A DNA stretch of 63,906 bases, the filler included, from Octopus bimaculoides (Eukaryota), in the NCBI RefSeq assembly GCF_001194135.2. It is 7 parts of 7 records of this genome, joined end to end, with 100 filler letters (N's around TTAATTAATTAA, not from the genome) between each part and the next. Parts side by side here need not be neighbours in the genome. Positions count along the whole stretch, not along the records: positions 43,920 to 58,074 come from NC_068985.1; positions 58,175 to 60,841 come from NW_026423331.1; positions 60,942 to 62,716 come from NW_026369305.1; positions 62,817 to 63,906 come from NC_068983.1; 3 more parts are not named here. One strand, 5' to 3'. Positions 51,167 through 63,770 of this stretch are shown piece after piece (position 1 is the first letter of the stretch; every line of letters begins with the position of its first letter). The translations under genes were made by a program, and so were the position numbers. Below the pieces are notes generated by a model. It saw only the letters and a program-made list of their open reading frames with translations. It did no database searches and had not been told where the DNA came from.

Positions 51167-54100
51167 NNNNNNNNNNNNNNNNNNNNNNNNNNNNNNNNNN
51201 NNNNNNNNNNNNNNNNNNNNNNNNNNNNNNNNNNNNNNNNNNNNNNNNNNNNNNNNNNNNNNNNNNNNNNNNNNNNNNNNNNNNNNNNNNNNNNNNNNNN
51301 NNNNNNNNNNNNNNNNNNNNNNNNNNNNNNNNNNNNNNNNNNNNNNNNNNNNNNNNNNNNNNNNNNNNNNNNNNNNNNNNNNNNNNNNNNNNNNNNNNNN
51401 NNNNNNNNNNNNNNNNNNNNNNNNNNNNNNNNNNNNNNNNNNNNNNNNNNNNNNNNNNNNNNNNNNNNNNNNNNNNNNNNNNNNNNNNNNNNNNNNNNNN
51501 NNNNNNNTATATATATATGTATATATCATACGGAAGGCATACAATTCGTATCGTTTTCAACCTAAAGGTTTCTGTATAGTCTTCTTTTTGTTTACCGAAC
51601 GTTTCTTTCAGTTTTATTTCACAGATTAATTAAATGCTTTTTCAGCAAGGGCTCTTGTTATATTTTCGCTATGCTAGATCTCTCTATTCAGTTGTACTGA
51701 GTGCATTCATCCTTTATTTTTCAATTTATACAATGTAACAATTTGTCTTGTTTCTAGTCCTCCAATTTACAATCGCTACTACCATTGTCACTGAATAAAT
51801 TAGATCGGTTAGTTTATAACTAATCGACTTGGTGTTTTTCAGGAAAAAATATCTTGTAGAAATATTTCATACTTGCCAATATTTTACGTTGAGATGGTTA
51901 TTTATTTCTAGCATCTTCGGGGGTTTCCTTTCATCCGCATATCGATTTCTCATGAACATCTTTATTTTTTTCTGTTTGTATCTTCTCAATTATAACTATG
52001 AATGATATATTGCAAAATGGGATTATGTTTTGTTGGTTTATTTATGTGAAATTTGCATTGTACCTGTGTATTTAGATTAATCTCTCCACGGGCAATTCTA
52101 CGACCTCATTGATTGTTTGTTTCTCCGTTTTCCCACTCTGTTCACGTCTGAATTCGACAATTCTTTAATTGCTTCTTGTTAGGTTAATCATGATACAATT
52201 TTAAATTTTCGGATCTGTGAAATGTTTCTTGCATATCCCAGTACTTTCGCAAATTTTATCAGTAATATTTTCGAAACAATTTTTTTGTTTTTCAACAACT
52301 TGTGCGTCTGGTTTATACAAGCAGTATATATTTTATATATGAGACAGAACTCTAAGTAATATTCTATTTTTGATATTCCAAAATTCAATATAGTTTATAC
52401 TGACCTAACGGCCTGTTGTAAATTTCACTTATAAACACAATAAATCTATGAATTAAGCGAACGGACAGAGATCTAATCAAAATTTTGTGTTGAAATTTGA
52501 CACATTCTCAGAAACGAGGAAATATCATTAGAACATAGCGTGTATTTAAACCAATAGATACACTACTTACGCAGGATATCACGTCTTCTCAAAAATATCA
52601 GAAACTCAAGTGTAACAGTCAAAAGCAACATATGCTGTGGCCAAGGAAAAGAACATTATAACTGGCATAAATTACACTTTACAATTGAATACTTAGATAT
52701 TTACATTCTATATATCCTGATAACATAATCCCTCCGTTCTCTACGTTTGCTCGACTCTATCTCGAATACTATAGATTTCTCTAATTTCTCTATGTCAAAC
52801 TAAGCATTATGAAAATGTTGAATCACTGCAGACGCCAAATACTAAAATGACATAAAGTAAAATACATGAAAGGCATTGATTGCAAGATGCGTTTCAAAAC
52901 TTCTTTTCCCTCCAACACAGCCTTGAGGACTACAACCTTCCTGCAATATGAAAATATTCCGTTATCATTGGATCAAGAAATCAAGTTAACAAATAAGCCA
53001 AGATTTGGACATTGTGCCATATGTTGTCAATGATGTCGGGTTTCACCTCACACAGCAACATTGCTACACAACATTTGACAATTCAACTCGATGCTACAAA
53101 AAGAAATCAAACAGAAATGTCCATTGATGAGGCCGATTCTAAGCCCTCCCTACCTTGATTCAGAAGACATACAGGATGCGAAAACAGTAAGGGGTAATAT
53201 CTGTAGGTGCACTATACGGATACTGATTTTCAACGGAGATAAAAACCCTGGGGCAATTTTAGGACAACAGGCGTCAGCGTATCGCTGGATAGAACACGCG
53301 ATCTTATGAGGTAGAGCCCAGAATCTTACCTAATAAGCCATGCGTCTTCTCTCACACAGGCACACGCACACATACATACACACACACGCCCACAAACATG
53401 CATAACTATTTCTTTTACCAGACTTGCATTAATGGCAAAAATTACAGGGTATAGTATTATTTATCCGGAGTAATAATGTGGTGCGCTGGCAGAATCGTTA
53501 GCGCGTCGGGCGAAATGCTTAGTGGTATTTCGATTTCCGCTACGTCCAGAGTTCAAATTCCGCCGATGTCGACTTTCCCTTACATCCTTTAGAGGTCGTC
53601 TAAATAAGTACCAGCTACTTACTGGGTTCGATGTAATTGACTTAATCCCCTCCCCAAGCTGCCCTTACGGCAAAATTTGAAATCATTATTTATCCGGGGC
53701 AATGAATAGTCCTCGAACTTATCGGGCCTCTTTATGTGCGCCTACACGTTAGTGACGAAGCATAAACTGTAGGGTAAAATGCTGGGATTCCCCTTGTGCA
53801 TGCGGTCGTTTAATCACCTGAAGAAATTTAAAATAAATGCATAATAGTTATTGACCATGAGCTCACTTTGTTGTCTGTTCTCTCCAGCATATGCGACTTG
53901 GTTATTTATCTTAATTATCTCTCCAGAGATTTAGAATTGCTACAATAGACAATGATGTAGATGTCACAATTAATATCAGCTTCGTGACCATCGAGTATCT
54001 TCAATATCAACAGATTCATAGCCATAGACACCACCGCCATCATTATCGTTATCTCCATCAGGAGTTTTATTAATAAACGAATTTCTAAGAAGGAAGAAAA

Positions 54101-54382
54101 GTGGAGAACAATGAGAAAATGGAAGAAGTGACGATGGAAAAAGACACAGAAATAAAGCAAAAGTGGTGTGTATAGCTACAGACATATTGACTACATGATA
54201 TACGACAATAATTCGAGTAAAATTGATCGAAATCTTAAAATTTATTTGGGTTGTAATATAGAAAGCAGTGCAGAAGTGGTACTGTATAGAAAAGCTGGTG
54301 ATTTTAGCACCAAGATATTCACAAATATTAAGATCTTTGTACTTCGTTCTATTCTTGGAACAATATATACATTTACACACAC

Positions 54383-54413
<31 letters not shown>

Positions 54414-54581
54414 TGTGTGTGTGTGTGTGTGTATGTGTTTCTGTGACTCCGTGTAAGTATGCATCAATATATGTGTGCATGTATGTGTGGGCGTTGTTAT
54501 GCCAGGGAGTTTAAGAATCTCGCTTTGTAATCAAGCGGTTTCGGTATCAGTACCACTACTGCGCAACACCTTGGACAAGTT

Positions 54582-56142
54582 ATGGACAGAGGAGGAATTT
54601 CAACCATGTTTCGTGGTCTGCTACCACAACAGCTCCTTTATAGGATCCAGTTAGCTTAAGACATCATCTTGGAGGAACCACGTCCAGTTTCGGCCCCTAC
54701 TCCTCTACCGTTTTGACGTGGCGGGGCCACCCCCTTTCGGAGGTGTCTTCAGCTCTGGTGTTGGGTGCATGTCTTCTTTCACTGTTTGTGACTGTTCTAA
54801 TTCAACTGTGGAATGTCCCTCGCTATGGTTATTTTCCAGGGGGTTCTGACCACACGTCTTACGGTTCATCAACCCGCGTTGTTGAATTACTNNNNNNNNN
54901 NNNNNNNNNNNNNNNNNNNNNNNNNNNNNNNNNNNNNNNNNNNNNNNNNNNNNNNNNNNNNNNNNNNNNNNNNNNNNNNNNNNNNNNNNNNNNNNNNNNN
55001 NNNNNNNNNNNNNNNNNNNNNNNNNNNNNNNNNNNNNNNNNNNNNNNNNNNNNNNNNNNNNNNNNNNNNNNNNNNNNNNNNNNNNNNNNNNNNNNNNNNN
55101 NNNNNNNNNNNNNNNNNNNNNNNNNNNNNNNNNNNNNNNNNNNNNNNNNNNNNNNNNNNNNNNNNNNNNNNNNNNNNNNNNNNNNNNNNNNNNNNNNNNN
55201 NNNNNNNNNNNNNNNNNNNNNNNNNNNNNNNNNNNNNNNNNNNNNNNNNNNNNNNNNNNNNNNNNNNNNNNNNNNNNNNNNNNNNNNNNNNNNNNNNNNN
55301 NNNNNNNNNNNNNNNNNNNNNNNNNNNNNNNNNNNNNNNNNNNNNNNNNNNNNNNNNNNNNNNNNNNNNNNNNNNNNNNNNNNNNNNNNNNNNNNNNNNN
55401 NNNNNNNNNNNNNNNNNNNNNNNNNNNNNNNNNNNNNNNNNNNNNNNNNNNNNNNNNNNNNNNNNNNNNNNNNNNNNNNNNNNNNNNNNNNNNNNNNNNN
55501 NNNNNNNNNNNNNNNNNNNNNNNNNNNNNNNNNNNNNNNNNNNNNNNNNNNNNNNNNNNNNNNNNNNNNNNNNNNNNNNNNNNNNNNNNNNNNNNNNNNN
55601 NNNNNNNNNNNNNNNNNNNNNNNNNNNNNNNNNNNNNNNNNNNNNNNNNNNNNNNNNNNNNNNNNNNNNNCCCACTGCCAGATGGTAATACTCGACAGTC
55701 CATCCCTGTTCTCTGCACTCTTCGATTAGTTTCTCGTATCTCTTCTCCTTTCGTTTCTCTGCATTGTCGATGTTCTCTTCCCATGGTACTGTCAGTTCTA
55801 GCAAGATTCCTATTCTCCGTTCTGTGTTCCATATGACTAAGTCTGGTCTTTTTGTTGTTTTTATAAGTGGAAAAATTGCTAGAATTCCCAAATCCGTGGC
55901 CAGCTCCCAGTATCCCTTCCATCTTTCGTCTATCTCGTATATTTTATTTGGAGGCCTGATCTTATGCCCTTTTCCTTCCTTCTGGAAGTATATTTTCCTG
56001 GGTTTTTCCACTTTGGGGTACTCTCCCCTATTGTATCCCTCGATCTTCTCCTTGAGTGCTGCGCTTATGACGCCGAGGACTTGATTATGGCGCCATGTAT
56101 ACCTTTCTAGTGCTAGTCTGCAGCTTGACAGAACGTGTCTCA
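54582..56142 (-). mobile_element. 5'-truncated HERO-like RLE retrotransposon inserted in a SINE
   Basis: HVLSSC..ALERYTWRHNQVL...KRPDLVIW...LLELTVPWEENI...KEKRYEKL..EC...GW; SINE head at 54500-54581 resumes at 56143-56205. Confidence 0.85.
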
Positions 56143-56216
56143 CCGTCGCTTTCGTGACTAAATTTGATAAGTAGAAACTGCGTCGAAACCCGTCAGATAT
56201 ATACAAACATAGATAC

Positions 56217-56253
<37 letters not shown>

Positions 56254-57186
56254 AGAATAAGGGCAGAGAATCGTCAATTAATAATAGAATTAATAATTAA
56301 CAATTTTGCCAAGTAGTTCAGTATGAAAAAAACCTTTATCGGTAAAACTATTTATCATTATAAATATACAGGGATTAGCNNNNNNNNNNNNNNNNNNNNN
56401 NNNNNNNNNNNNNNNNNNNNNNNNNNNNNNNNNNNNNNNNNNNNNNNNNNNNNNNNNNNNNNNNNNNNNNNNNNNNNNNNNNNNNNNNNNNNNNNNNNNN
56501 NNNNNNNNNNNNNNNNNNNNNNNNNNNNNNNNNNNNNNNNNNNNNNNNNNNNNNNNNNNNNNNNNNNNNNNNNNNNNNNNNNNNNNNNNNNNNNNNNNNN
56601 NNNNNNNNNNNNNNNNNNNNNNNNNNNNNNNNNNNNNNNNNNNNNNNNNNNNNNNNNNNNNNNNNNNNNNNNNNNNNNNNNNNNNNNNNNNNNNNNNNNN
56701 NNNNNNNNNNNNNNNNNNNNNNNNNNNNNNNNNNNNNNNNNNNNNNNNNNNNNNNNNNNNNNNNNNNNNNNNNNNNNNNNNNNNNNNNNNNNNNNNNNNN
56801 NNNNNNNNNNNNNNNNNNNNNNNNNNNNNNNNNNNNNNNNNNNNNNNNNNNNNNNNNNNNNNNNNNNNNNNNNNNNNNNNNNNNNNNNNNNNNNNNNNNN
56901 NNNNNNNNNNNNNNNNNNNNNNNNNNNNNNNNNNNNNNNNNNNNNNNNNNNNNNNNNNNNNNNNNNNNNNNNNNNNNNNNNNNNNNNNNNNNNNNNNNNN
57001 NNNNNNNNNNNNNNNNNNNNNNNNNNNNNTTCTATGTGTGCCATAAATATCGCCATCCGCTTTAGGGAAAAATTTGTAGTTTGGAATCAGTAGTTCTTTG
57101 ACTGCTATTTCTAAATTTTCAGTATGTTGGAGAAGCAACTCAATTGCTAATCCCTGTATATTTATGATGATATATATATATATATT

Positions 57187-57238
<52 letters not shown>

Positions 57239-57719
57239 CCTCTGTCTTTGTTTTCAACTATCGCTTGATAACTCGTGTTTATTTGTTTACGTCCCTGTAA
57301 GTTTTAGATTCAGTAAAAGAGGCTGATAGAACAAGTACCATGCATCAACATAAGTATGATGTCAAATTAGTTTCCGTAATCCTTCAATGTGGTGCTCCAG
57401 CTTAACCGCAGTACAATAAGTGAAACAACCAAAATGTTTAAGCCATGGATAACATGAGTAAAAGTAATGCTAGAGCTAACTTCTCGAGTCATAGTGACTC
57501 ATAAGCCCTACAGCTGAATGGGACACTGGTCCGTCGCGGGATCACTCATTTTTGCCAGGTGAGTAGACTGGTGCTGTGTGAAATGAAGTGTTTTTCCCAA
57601 AAGCAAAACGCGTCCCCCGGTCCTGGAATTGTAACGACAATCTGATGATGATGAGTCCAACAGCCGAATTACCAGGCCACGTGCCTCCATACGTGGGACT
57701 TGATATGAAACTTCAGCTT

Positions 57720-58070
57720 GATTAAACGCTCAAAGATTAATAGTAGATTTGTACACCCATCAGGATATAAAATAATTGAATTTATCGATACCTAATACTT
57801 TGAGCACTGTGCATGTCGGTTATATTCTTTCATATGTTGTAATATCAAATAATGTAAATATATATATGTGTATACATAATCACCCAGTATTTTTTACTCT
57901 CCGTTGTTTTTGGTCTCTCTCCATTTTTATTTTGCCTCTATTCCCCTCGTGTCGATAAGAGTAAGCTCGAAACATCAAAGAGTTACCACTCTTCCCGAGC
58001 TGATACACCTGCTTGTTGCTTCTTCACCTATCTTCGGCTATTGTTTTCTGTAAATTTGAACTGTGTCTAT
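57720..58070 (+). mobile_element. PLE-terminus-like repeat (homologue of 20560-20800) with degenerate HHR-like motif at 57946-57985
   Basis: IKRSKINSRFVHP resembles the PLE C-terminal LNKRSE..S.CRH; tgtcga..gag taa gctc GAAA catc aaagag; shared downstream cccgagc...cacct.tc. Confidence 0.45.
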
Positions 58071-58519
58071 ATATNNNNNNNNNNNNNNNNNNNNNNNNNN
58101 NNNNNNNNNNNNNNNNNNTTAATTAATTAANNNNNNNNNNNNNNNNNNNNNNNNNNNNNNNNNNNNNNNNNNNNTAAAACATAAATGAAAACTGGTGCCC
58201 CCGTTTTGAACAAGATCCCAGTTGCGTACTGAAGTCAATCTAATCGACTGCCCCCTCCCTCCCAAAAAATGTCAGGCTTTGTGCTTAGAGTAGACAAGAA
58301 TATTACAATCCTAAAGAAGTGATTAAGCCTACCGGCTTTGTCCATAAAGGCCAGTAGTGGCAGAACTTATTTGAATACGCCTGGTATTAGTCACCGTGCA
58401 ATGACATTTGAGACCATCAAAACATGCTCAAAGGGAGCTGCTCTATAAACCATTTATTGAATTTCATTGCTTTAAAGTCAGACTTAGTTGGTCTTTCATT
58501 CTGTATTCTTTTACTTGTT

Positions 58520-58714
58520 TCTGTCATTTTGACTGTGGCCATGTTGGAGCACCGCCCTTTTAGTCGAAGAAATTGCCCCCCCCCCCCACTGGACTTATTC
58601 TTTGTAAGCCTGGTACTTATTCTATCGGTCTCTTTTGCCGAACCGCTAGCTTACGGGGACGTAAATACACCAACATCGGTTGTCAAGTGATGGTGGGGAG
58701 ACAAACACAGACAC
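58520..58714 (-). mobile_element. tRNA/CORE-type SINE fragment (others at 59420-59540 +, 60942-61320 +)
   Basis: Family consensus segments. Confidence 0.75.
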
Positions 58715-60303
58715 NNNNNNNNNNNNNNNNNNNNNNNNNNNNNNNNNNNNNNNNNNNNNNNNNNNNNNNNNNNNNNNNNNNNNNNNNNNNNNNNNNNNNN
58801 NNNNNNNNNNNNNNNNNNNNNNNNNNNNNNNNNNNNNNNNNNNNNNNNNNNNNNNNNNNNNNNNNNNNNNNNNNNNNNNNNNNNNNNNNNNNNNNNNNNN
58901 NNNNNNNNNNNNNNNNNNNNNNNNNNNNNNNNNNNNNNNNNNNNNNNNNNNNNNNNNNNNNNNNNNNNNNNNNNNNNNNNNNNNNNNNNNNNNNNNNNNN
59001 NNNNNNNNNNNNNNNNNNNNNNNNNNNNNNNNNNNNNNNNNNNNNNNNNNNNNNNNNNNNNNNNNNNNNNNNNNNNNNNNNNNNNNNNNNNNNNNNNNNN
59101 NNNNNNNNNNNNNNNNNNNNNNNNNNNNNNNNNNNNNNNNNNNNNNNNNNNNNNNNNNNNNNNNNNNNNNNNNNNNNNNNNNNNNNNNNNNNCGGAATGC
59201 TGCTAAGCATCTCCGCCAGCGTGCTAACGATTGTCAACTCGTCGCCTTACACTAACGGAATATTAGTATAACTTGATGATGACTCTGCTAATTACAATAT
59301 AATGAGAATAATTTAGGGCAAAATAACAGATTAGCTCAGTGTTATTAGTTGTAGAAGGAAAATGTTTAGCAGCTGTGGAGGAACTTCTAAATCTTGAAAA
59401 ATATTTTTATACACAAATAAGCGCAGGCGTGGTTGTGTGGTAAGAAGCTTGCTTCCCAACCACATGGTTCCGGGTTCAGTCCCACTGCGTGACTCATTGG
59501 GTAAGTGTCTTCTAATATAGCTGCCGACCAAAGCCTTAGTGGTTAGGGTTTAGGTTAAGGGTTAGGATTTAGATTAGACTGGAGTTAGACTGGAGGATAA
59601 ATATGTAAATGGTCAAGTAGACCGCGCGCTAAAGTGGCACCAAATATTGTTTATCTCTTATTAACACGAACCATATACTACTTGAGTCATTTTTAAACAT
59701 CCCATATATTACACGTACACTTCACATAATCGGGACCGCTTCAACTTGTGGCGATATGATTGTTAAGTTGTTAATGGAAACTCCTCTTTTCCACTCGACC
59801 AGTAACGTTTAAATTTACAAATTTGGACATTTCCTTATTGTAATTCTGATATAAAAAATAAAATAAAAATTGTGTTGCGAATATAGACAAAGGAAGAATT
59901 GTTTTTTTCTTTTTCCATATACATTTCCCAATTCAATTCCGATTTTGTTTTCTTTCGGTGTGTGTGTGTGTGTGTGCGTGTGTGATTACTACTGTTTTTC
60001 GACGGCACAAAGTTTCTCTACTTAAAACAAAAAACTGTTTTGTGCTGTTGATTCCATTAAAACTACTTCAGTTACAAAATCATGTGAATCAATGCAAGAA
60101 TGCGCACACGCACATGCATATATATATATATATATATTACATGTGTGTGTGTGTGTGAACATACATGTGTATATATATATGTATACATATGTGTGTGTAT
60201 GCGTGTGTATACATGTATATATATGTATAAATATATGTCTATATCTATGTACATGTATATATATATTTATATGTATGTATGTATATATGTATAAATATAT
60301 ATC

Positions 60304-60352
<49 letters not shown>

Positions 60353-60353
60353 T

Positions 60354-60387
<34 letters not shown>

Positions 60388-60394
60388 CTGAGAT

Positions 60395-60680
60395 ACAATA
60401 ATTAGTGCACTTGGTTTTGTCTGTAAATGCCTAACTGTCAGTCTGGATAAGTTTGGACTTTCAGAAAAATAAATCAACTAACTGATTCGCACATTACAAA
60501 TACAATCTGTAAGTGGAACGGTGAAACTTTGCAGTAAAACTCAGGTTCAGAATGTGACGTTGTTTCCGTTATCAACATTCCAAAGATGGAGCTTTGTATC
60601 TTTGCTGGAAACCATGTCCTTCTTGAAAGGAAGAATTTAAATGATTAAAAACAGAAGATACATACATACATACTTTTGTA
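60395..60680 (+). mobile_element. Diverged RLE family-D-like 3' end with (TACA)n tail
   Basis: IISALGFV...LIRTLQIQSVSGTVKLC vs VIIGALEYV...LIRRLQIQSITGTVKIC. Confidence 0.7.
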
Positions 60681-61652
60681 GTTACATACGTACTTAGATA
60701 TATCGTATTTGGTGGCATAAAATAGAAGACTTTCAGTAGAATATATTCATGTGTGTGTGTGTGAGTAAAAAAAATAATTTTTAAAAAAACGGAAAAAAAG
60801 ACAAGAAAAAAAGAACGCGAGGACGTGGTACATGCAAAGTANNNNNNNNNNNNNNNNNNNNNNNNNNNNNNNNNNNNNNNNNNNNTTAATTAATTAANNN
60901 NNNNNNNNNNNNNNNNNNNNNNNNNNNNNNNNNNNNNNNNNAAGTAGCTTGCTTACCAACCACATGGTCCCGGGTTCATTCCCACTACGTGACATCTTGG
61001 GCAAGTGTCTACTACTATAGTCTCGGGCCGACCAAAACCTTGTGATTGAATTTGATAGACGGAAACTGAAAGAGGCCCGTCGTATATATGTATATATGTA
61101 TGTGTGTGTATATGTTTGTGTGGTTGTGTTTGTCACCCTAACATCGCTTGACAACCGATTCTGGTGTGTTTACGTCCTTGTAACTTAGCAGTTCGGCAAA
61201 AGAGACCGCTAGAATAAGTACTAGGCTTACAAAGAATAAGTCCTGGGATCGATTTGCTCGACTAAAAGGCGGTGCTCCAGTATGGCCACAGTCAAATGAC
61301 TGAAACAAGTAAAAGAGTATTTGCTGGCTTTCTCCAATATTTTGAGCGGATTCTATCTATATTCCACGATTCTACAGTGTCCCACTTTTTGAAACTATAT
61401 ATAACAAACAACAAATTCTTCTCAACACAATCGTTTGCTCTCTCTGGAATTATTTTTATAAACGTTAGCGACATATTATTTTTGGATTAACTTGAGAATT
61501 ACTTTGTGTAGATATTTAAGAAGGAGGAGAAAAAGAAGAACTGGGGAATATATATGTAAACAGACATGAAGACGAAAAACAAGAACAGGAATTACAACAA
61601 CAACACTATATTAAATCAAACAAAAACTCAACCGAATTATAAACAATTGCTC

Positions 61653-61664
61653 AGCAGCTGCTGC

Positions 61665-61737
<73 letters not shown>

Positions 61738-61830
61738 CTTCTTCTTCTTCTTCTTCTTCTTCTTCTTCTTCTTCTTCTTCTTCTTCTTCTTCTTCTTCTT
61801 CTTCTTCTTCTTCTTCTTCTTCTTCTTCTC
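61653..61830. repeat. Compound (GCT)n-(GTT)n-(CTT)n microsatellite
   Basis: Direct reading. Confidence 0.95.
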
Positions 61831-61962
61831 ATTACTGTTAAGGCGCTGAGCTGGCAGAATCGTTAACAGACAAAAAATCCTTAGCGTCGTTACGTTCTGA
61901 GTTCGAATTCCGTCGAGGTCGACTTTGAATTTCGTTCTTTCGGAGTCGATATAATAAAGCAC

Positions 61963-62142
61963 TATATAGTTCTATATTTAAGAGATGAGGAATTCTGTAC
62001 ATTATTTACATTTGACAGATATTTGTCCCCATCTCGTTTGTTGTTAACACAACGTTTCGCCATATGCCCGTGGGCATATGGCATAGTGGTTAAGAGCGCG
62101 GCTTACTAACCCCAGGATTCCGAGTTCGATTCCAGACAGTGA

Positions 62143-62193
<51 letters not shown>

Positions 62194-62345
62194 CAACAAC
62201 ATCGAAAGATACCTTAGGAATGAGAACCCAGGTTCGAAATTTCCCCAAGACACCTGATGAGGGCTGGAGGGTATATCAGCCGAAACGTTGTGTTAACAAC
62301 AAACAAGATGAGGACTAATATCCAACAAATGTAAATAATGTAAGT
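61963..62345 (+). mobile_element. tRNA-headed, HHR-tailed element with head-to-head inverted partial copy, inserted in a SINE
   Basis: A box tggcatagtgg 62079-62089, B box gagttcgattcc 62122-62133, (AAT)n, HHR; host SINE halves at 61845-61962 and 62345-62430. Confidence 0.8.
62249..62294 (+). ncRNA. Minimal type I hammerhead ribozyme motif (PLE-type, dimer-dependent)
   Basis: gacac-CTGATGA-g-ggctg gagggtatat cagcc-GAAA-CGTT-gtgtt; helix I gacac/gtgtt, helix II 5 bp, palindromic AACGTT helix III. Confidence 0.7.
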
Positions 62346-62431
62346 AAAGTACCAGTTGAACACTGCAGTCGATATAAAACTGACTAGCCCCCTCCCCCCA
62401 AATTTCAGGCCTTGTGCCTATAGTAGAAAGA

Positions 62432-62467
<36 letters not shown>

Positions 62468-62473
<6 letters not shown>

Positions 62474-62717
62474 TAGTTTTATTTTTATAACGTGCTTTCA
62501 CTTCACTACCGAGCATAGTTCTGTGTACCTTGGGTATGTGCTGTGGTTTGCTGTGGTGCTCGTATGGTTACTGTATTGAAAGTGTTTTGCGTAGGATGTG
62601 TGCAGTGCCCAGTAGTGCAATTTTCTGTATGTTATATATATTTGTAAGTCCTGGTGTTTTTGTTATGTATTTGTCTCAATATTTTTTCTATTATACCTAA
62701 GGCACCTACTATGATAN
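62468..62717 (-). mobile_element. RLE family A 3' end (copy of 1745-1995)
   Basis: Few differences from the first copy; tail in (TAA)n. Confidence 0.85.
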
Positions 62718-62904
62718 NNNNNNNNNNNNNNNNNNNNNNNNNNNNNNNNNNNNNNNNNNNTTAATTAATTAANNNNNNNNNNNNNNNNNNNNNNNNNNNN
62801 NNNNNNNNNNNNNNNNTCATGTACCCAGTTATGTATTTATATGTACATGTAGATGAACGTATATACATACATGTACATATATATGCATATACTCATATAT
62901 TGTT

Positions 62905-62948
<44 letters not shown>

Positions 62949-62966
62949 TACATACATATATATATG

Positions 62967-63001
<35 letters not shown>

Positions 63002-63004
63002 TGC

Positions 63005-63690
63005 CAAAACACAGCAGCGATGGGCACGCTCACGTACAAATCTACCGGTAAGTATTTAAGATTTCCTTTGTACGGCCACACCTCGAATACTGCTTCTCCT
63101 TGTGGTCTCACCATACAAAACAAAACATCTCGAGGATTGAATCACCCCAGAGAGCACTCACTAAACGAAATGAAGCCATGACTGATCTTGATTACTGGGA
63201 CCACCTTAAAGCCTTGAAACTCTACTCTCTCCAGAGCCGCCGCGAGCGGTGCATCATTTGTACGATGTGGAGATATACCGCCAGCATAACACAAACGACC
63301 TGAACATTAGTTTCAAGGTTCATCCAATGCTGAGACCATGGGCCATACGTCCCCTGCCCAATTCAGGATCACAACATATAGGTACAGTCCGATATAATTT
63401 CTTTTCCTCAACAGGCGCTGCCCTCTTTAACATTGTCCCAAGACTGATCAAAGAGGAAAAGGATCCCATCACCTTTAAACGGAGTCTGGACAGATTTCTT
63501 CAGGGAATACCAGATAAGCCACCCATATCTGGATACAACTCACTCAACAAGAACTCGCTACTTGAATGGACCATAAACAAAACTTAGCTTAAAAAGGATT
63601 TAGATGATCCTATCAGGTGGTGCCATTAAGTTAGACATGGCCTGGACTAATTTTTGGTCGAAACATATCTAAGTTTTATGTAAGTTTCAT
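63005..63690 (+). mobile_element. CR1/L2-like LINE 3' end (frameshifted) with 3' UTR
   Basis: VRPHLEYC..LWS; YWDHLKALKLYSLQSRRER; LFNIVPR...FKRSLDRFLQGIPDKPPISGY. Confidence 0.85.
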
Positions 63691-63698
63691 ATGTGTAC

Positions 63699-63770
<72 letters not shown>

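Noticed and set aside
59536-59572. Telomere-like ggttagggtttaggttaagggttagg
   Set aside because: Only about 4 degenerate units; such runs are common inside repeats.
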